DNA from: Octopus bimaculoides
Lineage: Eukaryota
Reading direction: 5' to 3'
DNA length: 47,197 nt
NCBI RefSeq assembly: GCF_001194135.2
Contig: NC_068988.1
Coordinates: 25,677,562 to 25,724,758 of the forward strand
Under the pieces are notes generated by a model. It saw only the letters and a program-made list of their open reading frames with translations. It was not told where the DNA came from and did not search any database. Shown one piece after another: positions 1 through 13,676 of the stretch. Made by a program: the position numbers and the translations under genes. Every line of letters begins with the position of its first letter. The stretch's first letter is position 1.

Positions 1-250
1 GAGAGGGGGAGTACGAGAGAAGAGAGTGAGAGAAGAGAGTGAGAGAAGAGAGTGAGAGAGAGTAAGAGAGAGGAGAGATAGAGTAGGGGTGAAGAGAAGT
101 GGGAGTGAAGAGAAGTAGGAAGAGAAGTTGGAGTGAAGAGAAGTAGGAGTGAAGAGAAGTAGGAAGAGAAGTGGGAAGAGAAGTAGGAGTGAAGAGAAGT
201 AGGAATGAAGAGAAGTAGGAAGAGAAGTAGGAGTGAAGAGAGGTGAAGAG
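1..250 (+). repeat. Purine-rich degenerate minisatellite (GAGAAGAGAGT 11-mer grading into GAAGAGAAGTAG 12-mer and GAGTGAAGAGAAGTAG 16-mer units)
   Basis: Tandem units read directly from the sequence. The + strand is almost free of C, with isolated T. The array probably extends left of the window. Confidence 0.9.
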
Positions 251-3200
251 ACGTACAAAGAAATATATATATATATGCGTATTTCTTTATGCATGCATGT
301 ATGTGAAATCAAGCGATTACGAAAAATGTGTTATGACAAAGGTGCCGTGCCTTGGGTTGAATTCTACTATATAATATGCCTTATGAGTAAAATCAGGACG
401 GGGTATCTGTGTGATATTCCAAGCAGAGCAATGGCGAATAGTGTCATGCAAATTCTGCTTGGTTTGACCATTAACTATACTCATTTACATGCATACTAAT
501 TTAATGAACAGGACTTCTCTTAAAAATTATTGATTTTACTTTGTGCAAATTTCAATTAAACTATGCTGTTGATGGGCATTTCAAGTTCACCCCTTTCTTC
601 ATCAGTTTGGAAAATAAATTCCCTTTTCGGAAAATATGGGAGATCTTGTAGCAAGAGGGTGTTGTTGACTTTCATCTAATATAGGTTATTAAAGAGAAAA
701 ACCTCTGTTAATAATGTCTTGTCCCATCATTTTTGAATGAATAATGTAAATAAAAGTATATTCTCTCACGTGCTAATATCTATTTTATAACCTTAGTTTG
801 TGGATAGAGGAAAATTTGGATGCTATTACTTGAAGAATATATAACAACATGCAGTCTCCCTCATTAGATACTAAGTGAAACAGTTAGACAGTACATGGCA
901 TATCTGAATGACGCCCATCCGATGATAACTTTTATGACGAAATAAGGAGCAACTTGAACATGTCGCCACACTGTCGTGCCACAGTATTGCTTTCTGCATT
1001 TAATTGAGTAAGCGTTCTTCAGCAGCTGTGTACGAAAAAATTCACAGAAAATTGACATTTAAGAAATATAGTTGTTTGGAATAAGATCTCAAACAAGCAT
1101 AAAATAATTTTTAAATGCAATTTTGTAGTGTTATAATTTATGTAGCTATGTACTTATGTGGTATTGTATAACTGTCTTATTGATTGCTCTAGCTCATTCA
1201 TGCTTCCTCATTTACTGCCATTATAAGCAGGCATAATAATATGTAGAGTGATATTTATATATTTATATACAAGCATACACACACGTGTATATAAATATGC
1301 ATTTATATTTATATATATATATATATATATATATANNNNNNNNNNNNNNNNNNNNNNNNNNNNNNNNNNNNNNNNNNNNNNNNNNNNNNNNNNNNNNNNN
1401 NNNNNNNNNNNNNNNNNNNNNNNNNNNNNNNNNNNNNNNNNNNNNNNNNNNNNNNNNNNNNNNNNNNNNNNNNNNNNNNNNNNNNNNNNNNNNNNNNNNN
1501 NNNNNNNNNNNNNNNNNNNNNNNNNNNNNNNNNNNNNNNNNNNNNNNNNNNNNNNNNNNNNNNNNNNNNNNNNNNNNNNNNNNNNNNNNNNNNNNNNNNN
1601 NNNNNNNNNNNNNNNNNNNNNNNNNNNNNNNNNNNNNNNNNNNNNNNNNNNNNNNNNNNATGTTGGAGAAGCAGGTTACTGTCAATCCCTATATATTTAT
1701 ATATATATATACATATACATACGCATAAATTCATGTACACTATTATACATGTATATGTATGGAGACACACATTTCCGCATTGAAGTCATACAATCCGTTC
1801 CAAGAATACCAGATAATACGCATACGCTTGCACACACTCCGACGTACACACAAATCATAAATATACAAGTAAATGCAAATATACTCATATATAGATACAT
1901 AGATCCGTGTACAGGATACCATATTTTATATGAGGTGTTGAAAGCTAGTATAAAAATCACGTTTCAAAAATTAGCAATATTTCCCAAATTATAATACAGT
2001 AACGACATGACGTGTTAAAAGAAAGTAATTATTATAATTAAGTATAAACGCTAGACATGTCTTATAAATATTTTAGTACTTTGTAACCAATAATTGGTTT
2101 AAAGAATATCTCCAAACATTAGTGATAATCAGTTAAATACTTCAATTACTTACTGGACGTTGTTACAATTAAAAATAATTATTTCTTGATGAACGGCAAT
2201 TATGATGCCCTGTATTTTAATTTGTATAAATTAACTGCAAATGTTTCGTTTTAATCTTCCGTTGTCAACTCCATAATATTCTATAATTATACGAATAAAT
2301 TTTCTATTACTCCAATAGTAGTGTGTTTTATTAAATGTCGAAATGGTGAAGTGAAGCCTTCAAACTAACGACGAGCTTGTATCTGCATATGTACTTGCAA
2401 CTGGAAGCATATAATCAAAACCTTCGTAAAAAACACAAAATGCATCCGATCATAAACCTACACTATGATATAAAAGCACAACCTTCATTATCGATAACAC
2501 ACCACGTACATGTAAACCCAGAACGATCTGGGAGTGGTGAATGAAATATTTAGGAAACTTGATGTGGCATTGAACATATTAGTAAAACAGTATTTTGTCA
2601 TTTCCCCATCTACTCATTAACTGCCGTTATTGCAAAACTGTATAGGCACAGAATATATTGAAATCACGGAGTAAATAATAGAGAATACTTACACATTCTC
2701 TTGAATTACCCATAAAACATGATTAATTATGTAGACATTACTCTTGACGTAATACGATGGCATGATCAACTCGCAAACAATACACACATACAAATATTAA
2801 CACGTAGTTACTGAGATACAGGCCTAACAATAAAAAAGTTAACAGCGGCAAGCAAAGTTTGCTCGCATATGGAGCTAAGGGTAACAAAAGAATCTTTAGC
2901 GAAAGGTCTCCATGTAATAAGAAACATTTCAGTCACTTACTGTATTAAATTCTGGGAAAGGAGAAATTAAAAACCTAGAAATGTCAAATATGAAATTAGG
3001 AACTTTATTGTTCCAAACCAAATACTAAAACACTAAACAGAATCTATGAACCATCTAGAAAAACGCATATATCCGAACACTGTCGTGTGTCCAACACAAT
3101 TTCTGTAGTTGAAGAGAAGATAACCACTACGAAATGCAAATATACCAATGTGTGGTTAGCTAGCGCTCTGAGCAGACTGTGTACCTGTATTTACCTACAG

Positions 3201-3336
3201 TGAGAAATTCTCTCTGTGACCAAATAGAATGATTTTCTTATGGGATCCATAATGCCTCAAGCACATTTGAACTGGTGGCAAGTTTGTATATATACAGGCT
3301 TATATACGCATACATATATACATGCATACATTCATT

Positions 3337-3374
3337 CATACATACATACATACATACATACATACATACATACA
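3337..3374 (+). repeat. (TACA)n tetranucleotide microsatellite
   Basis: Uninterrupted catacataca run within a TA/CA-rich patch. Confidence 0.9.
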
Positions 3375-5341
3375 TGTATATGAAAGAGCCTTGTTCTATT
3401 GAAATTATTCTCTCTGCCAGAGAAGCCCATATGTTATGCGGTAATTGGTACACAATCTGAATGCGGAGTCAATAGTCGGGACTGGCATGTCATTAAGATC
3501 AAATTTACCTGTATATATTACAATAAAAAATAATGGAATAATTATCTTATTTAAACATATTTATTAAATGCATTAAAATAGAAAACCAATGTAACTAAAT
3601 TTTACATGCTGTATGTATCATGTACAAATTTATTAACATCTATTTTATAGATATAGTGGTATAGAGATTAAAACGTCTAAAGTAGTCTGCAAACGTCTGA
3701 ATATTTAATATGACAGAAACATATTTCCAAAAACAATTTGTTGTATTATTAGAAGCAATTCTATTGATATCAAGAAAAGAAATACTTTGAATAGACACGT
3801 ATCTCCGAATTGATATGGAAATATTACAATGATGTACAAACCAATATTGTTGTGTCAGTTTTCCTGGTTGTAAAGCAATCACTTTATTCATCTGGAACAA
3901 TTGACAGTCGTAGACAGCATTGATTCACTGCAGACATATTTCATTTATAATGTTGAAAGCAGAAATTGCACTACATGGCATGTGTCTCCAATACCATATT
4001 TAAATTAAATTCCAGATTTTCAAAGATTTCCTTAATCTATCAGCATTGTGCAATGCACGCATAAATCTATAATATTTTACCGGTCTAGAGAGTCAATCAA
4101 TTGTCTTTACCAAAGTTTTGTTTCAATATAGGAATAGTACCGTTAAATATATTTTCCTAATATTTGTTTACATCTTAAAATTTAGCTCGCATAATAAATG
4201 TTTTTCCTCGATTCTATTGTATTAAAACATTCCAAATAATTTTTAATTTATCGTTGACTAGATATCACTTAGATACGTATTGATGTGTGTGTGTGTGTAT
4301 ATGTGTGAGCGTGTGCGACTTTCCATGAGCGTCTTTCTGTTTGTCTGTGTGTGAGTGTATGCATATATGCATTTATGTATAACAGTTCAATATTTTACAT
4401 TTGCATTACTCATATTTTGGTATTATCAGATATGGAAACCTATCCCAGATTCAGGTGTTGATTGATTGGAGTAGATACGAATAAGAGCTTATTTTCATCT
4501 GGGTTGGAAAGCATATACATATATTTGTAATCCTATATTCCATCAGACATATTACACAGAATATACTGAGAAGAAAAAAAAAGAGAGAATCTATACTATA
4601 TATACGTAAAGGAAATAGATTTTAGATCAAAGAACATATGGCATGTAGTAAAAGATCAGAAAACAAAACTTGAGTTGAATATGAAAGCAGAAAATACGAA
4701 AATTTTATTTCTTTGAAGTCTTTTCATGTCATAATGATTCATCGGTTGTTAGCATTTCCAGCACTTCATTTCGGCCATCGCATGATTATGTTCCAAGATC
4801 ACCGTAGAAAACTCTTCAATGCACGTGGCATCAAAATTACACGCTACACAGACACACAGTTATAAGTCTGCGATAGCGTGAAATCGGCTGATGTTAGCTG
4901 AAAAGGTAACAAGTTCCTTCCTCGAAAGCGAATTGTTTACTTGAAGTTGAGTGTCGAGTATCAATTAATTTGCTATAACATGATTTTAAAATAATTTCAG
5001 TATTTTCGTTTACTGTTGCGAACTTTCTTTAGTCTGCATTGTATCTCATGGTATATGTAATAATTATATGCATACATTTATATATATATATATANNNNNN
5101 NNNNNNNNNNNNNNNNNNNNNNNNNNNNNNNNNNNNNNNNNNNNNNNNNNNNNNNNNNNNNNNNNNNNNNNNNNNNNNNNNNNNNNNNNNNNNNNNNNNN
5201 NNNNNNNNNNNNNNNNNNNNNNNNNNNNNNNNNNNNNNNNNNNNNNNNNNNNNNNNNNNNNNNNNNNNNNNNNNNNNNNNNNNNNNNNNNNNNNNNNNNN
5301 NNNNNNNNNNNNNNNNNNNNNNNNNNNNNNNNNNNNNNNNN

Positions 5342-5376
<35 letters not shown>

Positions 5377-6034
5377 AGTATAAAGAGAAAGAAGACCAGA
5401 GAGAGAGAAAGAAAGAGAAAGACAGGCAGAGAAACATTGACACAATTGGCTAAAACATAAAACCATCCGAGAAAACATGGCATTTGGATTGTAGAAATTT
5501 TTGTCATAATGATAGTTTTGTGTATTTTTAGTAGTTATTGAATTTGTCTCTAAAAAATGTATTTGCATATATCAATATTATTGCTTTGTGCTTGATTGCA
5601 TAATTTGGTTTCCTCTCTTTACTGTCTGTAATCGATTACTCCTAGTTTTTACCCTTATTAACCACCAAGAACAATTTGGTATTGGTTTAGATTCTAAGTT
5701 CATTGACTGTAATGGAAAATATGCAAAATATTGGACTTCTAGTAAAAAAAAAAATTCCTCTTATTGGGAAGACCAAGTTTTACATACAAATCGACATAGT
5801 TGGTGGTGGTAAACCCGATACATTACAATTATGCATTATATATATTTCAAATCGGAATATTCAAATGTAGATTATAGAGCTATGCAACCAAACTTTATAG
5901 GACGCTCACTTTGATAGTCTAATGATTTTACATAGTAATTGCCTTTATTATTATCATTATCATTATCGTTATTATTATCAGTATCATTCTAGGAAAACCT
6001 ACAGCTTATTTTGCTGGGTATGATGGACAGTGTC

Positions 6035-6044
6035 TATTATTATA

Positions 6045-6106
<62 letters not shown>

Positions 6107-6109
6107 CAT

Positions 6110-6173
<64 letters not shown>
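6035..6173 (+). repeat. Compound trinucleotide microsatellite (ATT)n-ATC-ATT-(AGT)n
   Basis: Directly visible; the switch from ATT to AGT units occurs at about 6111. Confidence 0.95.
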
Positions 6174-6174
<1 letters not shown>

Positions 6175-8236
6175 TCCTTATGATTAGCGTTATTTGAAAA
6201 TATAATAAAACTTACTAAAAGCAGAAAGAGACGTTATTTAAGATTTATTCAAATTAGCAAGAGAAAAATATGTTTTCTTAAAATGCACCGCCTGTACTTC
6301 CCCCAACATTTATTGAAGTCTTAAAGACACACAGATGTATGTGCCATTCCCAGACACATCCCTCATATTTCTGTCTGAAATGATTCTCGTTGATTACTTG
6401 CTATCTGCTGAGAATAAAGTGGATGGAAAGGTAATATGAGACAACTAGAAGTTTGTAATAGATACGTGGGAGTTTAGCTTCAAAGCAGTTTTCAAAGAAA
6501 TAGCTAGTACATCAAAATGCTCTGGCTTGAATACATATAAATGAAGCTGAAATTAGTATGAATTGTATAAATTTAAGAAAAAAACTTTGAAAGTACACAT
6601 AACTATTTAATTAGTGCGTACAGAATGAAAACACCTCAATTAGTCATGACAAATTAGCTGATGGACCGAAAGATCAGATAATAGATGAGTTCTCACAATA
6701 TATCTGATTAAGAGAATTAAATCACGTGATTTCATCACTACTGTTGTTATTTATTAATTTCGCTAATGAAAGATGTTGCAATATTTAACAAAATATTTAG
6801 AATATGGTACATTTCTTTTTATAGATTAGAAATCAATATCATTATTTCGTTGGTGGTCTGTAACATATGAAGACTAGTTGATTTATGCAACTAAATAGAT
6901 TGGATTATTTGTTCAGCCACTTTACAGAGAGAAATCGATTAGTCTTTTTAATATTTAACCGATACATTCATTATGAGCAAGTGTATGTATGTAATTATGC
7001 ATGTATAGATACATATGCTGCTCATGTTAACATTCTTTGAAAGTGCAAATTTTGCATCTCTAATATAAATACACTGTATCACATGTGTTTCGTACGCCTT
7101 TCAGGTATTTTATTGCATTTAGAATCTAACATATACTAGTGGTTACCAAACCATGGTTCGTGACATATTGGGTGTCAATAATTCAGAGAGATTTTTCATT
7201 TTAACAATATTTGACAATGTCTGAAATGCCATAACAAAAGGGCTACACATAATCATTTGCACCCCCTCCAAATAAGAAGCAGAAAAAAGGAAATAGAAAC
7301 ATAAACAAGTTCCCAAAGAGAGGCATAAAATATTATGAACGTCCATTTTCTTTTTCAGATATACTGAAAAAAGGTTACGGATTATAACATTTTTGTACAA
7401 AATATTCCACTGCAACTCATGGTGTAATACTTTCTTGGCAAAATAACAATGGTGATTAAAAACCCTGGAAGTGCTCGAGATCGGTGAATGCCGCTGGCAA
7501 TAGTAAATGCATCTCTCTTTTTCTTCTTTAATATAAATGTATGTTTAATCGCAAAAAACCACTTGCATCTATTGCTGATATTGTATGAAATATTCTGCTC
7601 GAAACAACTAAAAGCTCAAACAAATGTGGATGCAATTTGCAATTAATAAGTTTAAAATATTTCACAGTAAAACGAAAAAGAAAATATTTTATAAATCTGG
7701 TGAAAGAAATGCATACAGTAACTGTGATATCAAAATATGTTTAGGTAAGATCAGCAAAAACAAGAAGTAACTGTTTTGAATTAAGAAGTTGATATGTGTA
7801 CATTTAAAGAACGTTGCAATGATACTCCCGTTAGTAATGTTCTGGGAATTAATTATACCGCGGAATAAAACTTATAGGTAGTTTTGTTCCTTGAAACATA
7901 CTAAACTATCCAGTTATTCTTTCAATGTTTATATTAAAAATGTAAAATTCTATCAAGTTGATGTGGCCTTTATGTGACTGATGATGTATAAGTCATTCCC
8001 GAGACAGGATACCAGTTGTTTGCAAGTAAGACTCTGCATGAACAAATCGGATGAAAAGGAAACCACATGCCTTATCAAAATACACAACGTGCTATACTGC
8101 TCTAGAACTAGAGACCTAAGTCTATGAATCTAACACCTCAACAAATCGGTCACCTCAACAACTACATAGATAGAACGAAAATAATTTTTTACACAATGGG
8201 AACAAAATCCCTGAAAGTTTAGAGGAACGTTTAATC

Positions 8237-8330
8237 GATTATTGTGGCCGCACTGCACCACATATTATCGACTTCGAAATGATAATAGACAAGGTCAACT
8301 CCCGCCAGAATTTGAACTTAAAACATAAAA
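8237..8330 (-). mobile_element. SINE family A, decayed central fragment
   Basis: The reverse complement reads ...aagttcaaattctggcgggagttgaccttgtct...tttcgaagtcgataat..., matching the B-box and central domain of the copies at 8939 and 35661. Confidence 0.6.
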
Positions 8331-8938
8331 CTGCCTGTAACAGTTAACAGAATGATAGAATGGGAAATAATCTGCAGACAAATTATTCCTTGATTCCATG
8401 TTCATTTATCATTTATCTTTTCTGCTAATCTGAATCATAAATATTACTAAATGCTTTCTTTATATAAATGTTTTCCTTATATATTAGTTTTATATCTGAA
8501 AATTATTATCACTGATTCTTTAATCTTGTATGCAAGATATTTATCAAAATCTATTCTATTGGTGTAAGCATTAATTTATTACATAACGTGGAATTAATTC
8601 AGAATCGCTTGTAACAAATAAGTCGTCTATTTGAAAAGTATAAAACATACAAAAAGCATGTGTATTAGATGTTTTAAAATGATTTGTGAGAGATTATATG
8701 AACGATTTGTGTCTTAAATAAAACATACAGGGAATACATACAAATTGCATAAGAATTAGAATACGAAACGTTTCACTGAAGCAAGCATAAATATAAATTA
8801 AATTATAATAACAGAGGCAAACAAAGATTAAGTATTATTATATCGTGATTTCAACAATCAAATTTAGGATCGAATTACATCGAGTCCATACAATGCGCAT
8901 TAGTATAATATATGTTTCAATATTAATAGGTAGAACAA

Positions 8939-9158
8939 GGCGGTGAGATTGTAGAGTGGTTAGCATGTCAGACAAAATACTTAGTCGCATTTCGTCCGTC
9001 GTTACGTTCTGAGTTCAAATTCCGCCGGGGTTGACTTTGCTTTTCAGCCTTTCGGAGTCAATCAAATAAGTACCAGTTCAGCAGTGCGCTCAATATAATC
9101 GTCTAAGCCTCCCCTCCAATTGGTAGACTTGTACCAAAATTTGAAAGCAATATTATTA
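8939..9158 (+). mobile_element. tRNA-derived SINE family A, near full length (octopus-type)
   Basis: Head ggcggtgagattgtagagtggttagc (A-box like); B-box gagttcaaattcc at 9011-9023; central gactttgcttttcagcctttcggagtcaatcaaataagtaccag; 3' ttgtaccaaaatttgaaa plus an ATT-type tail. The same architecture recurs at least seven more times in the window. Confidence 0.9.
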
Positions 9159-10558
9159 AGTGCAATGTTACAATAATTTTTATATGTTAAAATGTAACTA
9201 ATTACGATATAGGATTTCGAATTTTTGTCCTAATCATCCCAAACTACTATTATTCGTCATATATACATATGTATATGTGTATGTATGTGTGTGTGTGTGC
9301 GTGTTGCAAAAGATGGGCGGAAGTTGGAATATACGAGAATTTATTTTTATTCACTACAATTATTTCGACACGTCTAGCATTGATCCCCCACTGGTGGGAC
9401 ACTAACCAAGTGGTTCAGGCGCATCCAGCAGTTCAGATGTGGAATCCTGTCACACTTCCGTTACCTCTCTCTCTATATATATATATATATATGTGTGTGT
9501 GTGCGAACGTACGTGTGTGCGCGCTTGTGTGTGTATGAGTGTGAGAGTTGTATTTGTAAGTACGTGTATTTTTATAATCGTTTGTACACACACACGCACA
9601 CATACACATATACATACAAACTTTTATACATTTATGATATCGTATCGTACATACTACATTCGTTCATATTACATATGAATAAGTTAGCATGAAGGATTTA
9701 CTGTCGTACTGATTTAGAGTCGTACTGATTGCATACATGAAGAGAGATGAAGACTTTTCTTTTGGAAAACTCTTAGCTTCTCTCGTAATATACTGTAAGC
9801 ACATTTGTCATNNNNNNNNNNATGCTAGAATCATTTAAATTAGCAAATTAAAAGAAATATCGTTAATGGATATATGTAATTGCTATCGAAATATTTCGTA
9901 CGTGCTCTCTCTTTTGATTAGGATAGGTATTACGTACATTTATCGATACTGATTAAAGATCTTGAAGCGCAATGAAAGTAATAATACAGAATTTGTGTCT
10001 ATTTTTTCTATGAATACAATTACGTATAAACACCTGAGTTATCATAACTTTCGTTTTTTCTACTCATCATTACATAAATATTTTAGCGACGATAATGCAC
10101 GTATAGTATTGGAGCTATGCAGTACTAAATCGTGCGTCTATAAATATGAAATGCCTTGAAAAGTTAAGGCAATTAGACGAAATATCCTAATTGATCTTAT
10201 TAATCTTGTCTTGTCTGTACAACATAATATAATACATAAGGGTAAAAATTGTTAGTGCTTGAAATTTGAGAAATTGTTGGTCTGTTTTAAATATTTTACA
10301 GATATCATTCAACTACGGTAGTAGTTGAATTATATTCTTAAGTCTGCAATTTACTTACATGCACCAATTTCAGAGCTTATCACTAATTCAGTTCTTAATC
10401 AAATTGAAAACTGTTAATAGTTGTGAAGAGGACTGGTCTCTAGCTACATTTTGACATATCAAAAACGAAATTTGGTCCAGTAGAAAAAAGTTTACATCAA
10501 AATTTGTAGCAACGTTACAGGAGAGAAAGTAACGCCTCAAATCAAGTTTAGATCTAAA

Positions 10559-10829
10559 TAACTTTTTAATTTTAAAAGCAAAATATATTTATCTTAGCTT
10601 CAACCATAAAAGAATTCATGAGGAATTTCATAGTTTTGATCCCATGCAACAAAATTTCGTATCAAAAAAAGTTGTGAGGTAAAATATCAGGAAAAAAGTT
10701 AGGCAAAAAATGGGAATTAAGTATAATTAACTTTTTTTTATTTTAAAAACAAACTATATTTTAATTAAGCTGGGATGATAGGGCTCAATTCGAGGAATTT
10801 CATGATATCAATCTCATACTATGAAGTTT
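10559..10829 (+). repeat. Diverged tandem duplication, two ~100 bp copies with ~170 bp period
   Basis: taacttttt...ttttaaaa(g/a)caaa(a/c)tatattt...agct...gaggaatttcat...at(c)(c/t)cat occurs at 10559-10657 and 10728-10829. Confidence 0.65.
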
Positions 10830-11067
10830 GAAAAGGAAAAAAGTTGAGTGTTTGCTTTTCAAATTTGAAGATAATATAGTTCTATACTTTTTTTATGAAT
10901 TCCGTTCTATAAGTGGGCTTGATTCCTAGTTTTAGCAAGTAATTAGAAGATACATGTCTAAGTAAAATCAAAATGTAGGAACAATAAGATATTTGTAAAA
11001 TACATGACTCGGTTAAGCCAACTCCTTAAGATCTTTGTCGCATCGGTGTAGCATAAATATTGTCTGT

Positions 11068-11220
11068 AATAATAACGGCTAAAATAGGCACATGACCAGG
11101 AATTGGATGTGTGACAGAAAGTCGTTTACACTGACACCAATATATCACTTGCACTTTATTTTAACGATTCCGAAAGATAGGAAGAATAACTTGACCGCCA
11201 CGGATTTGAATTAAGACGAT
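11068..11220 (-). mobile_element. SINE family A, 5'-truncated decayed copy
   Basis: The reverse complement reads ttcaaatccgtggcggtcaag...tctttcggaatcgttaaaataaagtgc...cctggtcatgtgccta...ttattatt. Confidence 0.7.
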
Positions 11221-13615
11221 AAATCCTGTCTACCATAAAGACAGGTAATGCCTTTCTTGGTATGGCTGATTTAGGTGTAAAAAACAGAATATCTCCCGTT
11301 AATGGAAAATCTGGTATCGAAGATAAAATTTAACTTTTGTGTCATTAAATCTAATGAATCAGATAAAATTATCTCAAAGCACAGTACTACAGGTAATATA
11401 GTGTCATTTAGATGTAAATCAATACCCAAGTCGTATATATGTCCATTTGCAGGATGAAATAATTTGCTAAAATAAACGTCTCTGATCAGTTAATTTCGAA
11501 GAATACGAAATCGCAGCTTCTATTCAATGGGTTGGTTAATATTTCACAAATATTGCTCACTACCCTGCCAACAACAGCACCACCACACATACACGCACAC
11601 ACACACACACACACAAAATTAATGTCTGGAAGCTGACGGCAGCAATCTCATATGATATAATGCTAAACATATATTATGAGGCGTTATTTCATTCCTGTTG
11701 TAATAGTTAATGATAACATTGGGAATATCATCTAAATTTTACTGAATTTCTCTCTTATTTCAAGCAATATCTCACAGTATTTATTGAATACCGTCGTCAA
11801 TAAATCAAAAGTTATTATTGAAATGTAATGACAGATTCCATTATATGAGATATTTTAATGAGGTATGTAATATAGTCGGGTTTCCTAAAGGCGTGTTTAT
11901 ATGCGTAGCATCTTTTTCACTGTCGTATTTCGTTTATATGTGGGAATATTATGTTTATATGCCCATATCAGTTTTATAATTCTTTCTATGATTATGACTA
12001 TATCTTATGCTAATTGACACAGAAAGTACATCGTATAAAATAATATTCTGAATGAAAAATATTGTTCGATCTGCTACTGTAATGGTTATACGATATTCAT
12101 GTTCTTGCTTCTCAATTTCTATACTGTTGTATTATAAGCATTGATGTAAATAAATGTGCTATATTTATTCATCTACATTGGTCAGTTTAACAATATCATA
12201 TTATTCCCAGTTTGATGCTTCACCGCCATTGTCCAAATACAATGTTAATACAGTTATGCTCATTTATGAGATCACCAATTTTTTAATCATTGATCCGAAG
12301 ACAGACACATCATTCTTTATGGGCTATTAATAATCTGTTACGAGATAATTTGTTTGAATTAATTCAGATCATTATTATCACTTCTACGCCTATGTTATGT
12401 AACGGAGTTCGGGATCACCGTTACATGAAACCGGATTCTTTCGTTACCGAAGACGTCTAAATGAAACTTAATGTACTTCAGATGATTGTAGCAAATTATA
12501 ACGTGCTAAATACATAGCACACTGTGCGTATACTCAGGAAGTATTAAATTATATTTGCAGTTCTTTTTTATATAATTATGAGACATTACATTATAGATAT
12601 TGGACTAGTATCTTATATGATGAAAAAAAACCCATCAAAAAGTTGTTTTTATGTACGGATGGACACTAATTAGGCAATTAAATGTAATACGGAACAGACC
12701 TCAACTTTATGTGTAGATATTAATGTAGTATAAGGTCACTTGATTGATATGTGAAATGTTTTTAGCAATCTCGCAGTATATTTCTGAATGGTATTTGCAT
12801 ACATACAATCGTGTATGTAAAATATTTAATTTACAAATATTTCAATGAATATAGACACATTTATATACTTATGTACTTATTTATATACTTTTATGTAATA
12901 ACGGTGAAGCAAATTCACATACTCATTGCTTTTCTGCCTAGATATCAGATCTCAACCATAAAAGCCATTGTCATATATAACAAAAATGCTATAATTGCAT
13001 TAATTAATATTGTTGAAGACTATTGTGTCTTTTCTATGCATTGGATAAGAGATATAAAACGGTTAGCATAATATTTTAGAAATTTTTATTTCCGGCGATT
13101 GAAAATTTTCGAATTCCTGTGTGATGGGTTCAGTTTCACTACATATTATCTTGAGAAGGTGCCTTCTACTATAGCTCTAAGCTGACCAAACGCTTGGGAG
13201 AGGAATTCGTAGAGACAAATTGCAAGAATCCCATCATATAGGTATATCTATCTATCTATCCGTCCCTCTCTCTCTCTCTCTCNNNNNNNNNNNNNNNNNN
13301 NNNNNNNNNNNNNNNNNNNNNNNNNNNNNNNNNNNNNNNNNNNNNNNNNNNNNNNNNNNNNNNNNNNNNNNNNNNNNNNNNNNNNNNNNNNNNNNNNNNN
13401 NNNNNNNNNNNNNNNNNNNNNNNNNNNNNNNNNNNNNNNNNNNNNNNNNNNNNNNNNNNNNNNNNNNNNNNNNNNNNNNNNNNNNNNNNNNNTATATACA
13501 TATATATATATATATATGTCAAGCTGAAAGAAGGCATTGTATGCCCTGTCCGCAGATGTGGCATCAGACCAGAGGCCAAAAACTACACGCCAACTCCCTG
13601 ACTTCACACGTCAGT

Positions 13616-13676
13616 AGAGACGAAGATCCGATAAGCATCTCCCCCGGCATGCTTACGATTCTGCCAGCTCGCCGCC
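13616..13676 (-). mobile_element. SINE family A head only (A-box region, no B-box)
   Basis: The reverse complement ggcggcgagctggcagaatcgtaagcatgccgggggagatgcttatcggatcttcgtct aligns by eye with the head of the 35661 copy (ggcggcaagctgtcagaaacgttagcacgccgggcgaaatgcttagc...tccgtct). Confidence 0.8.

Noticed and set aside
560-612. CTGATGA...GAAA on the minus strand, like a hammerhead ribozyme core
   Set aside because: No stem II between the motifs and no stems I/III.
868-1015. VRQYMAYLNDAHPMITFMTK* resembling the Penelope-like RT motif LNxxHPxIKFT
   Set aside because: No upstream YVDD, and the spacing to the expected FLD motif is wrong. One short motif match is not enough.
1121-1140. 16-mer ttgtagtgttataatt identical to 42944-42959
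   Set aside because: A few such AT-rich matches are expected by chance in 47 kb, and the flanks do not extend the match.
6328-6430. Short frame ending at an AAG|GTAATA donor
   Set aside because: No acceptor tract and no homology; expected by chance.
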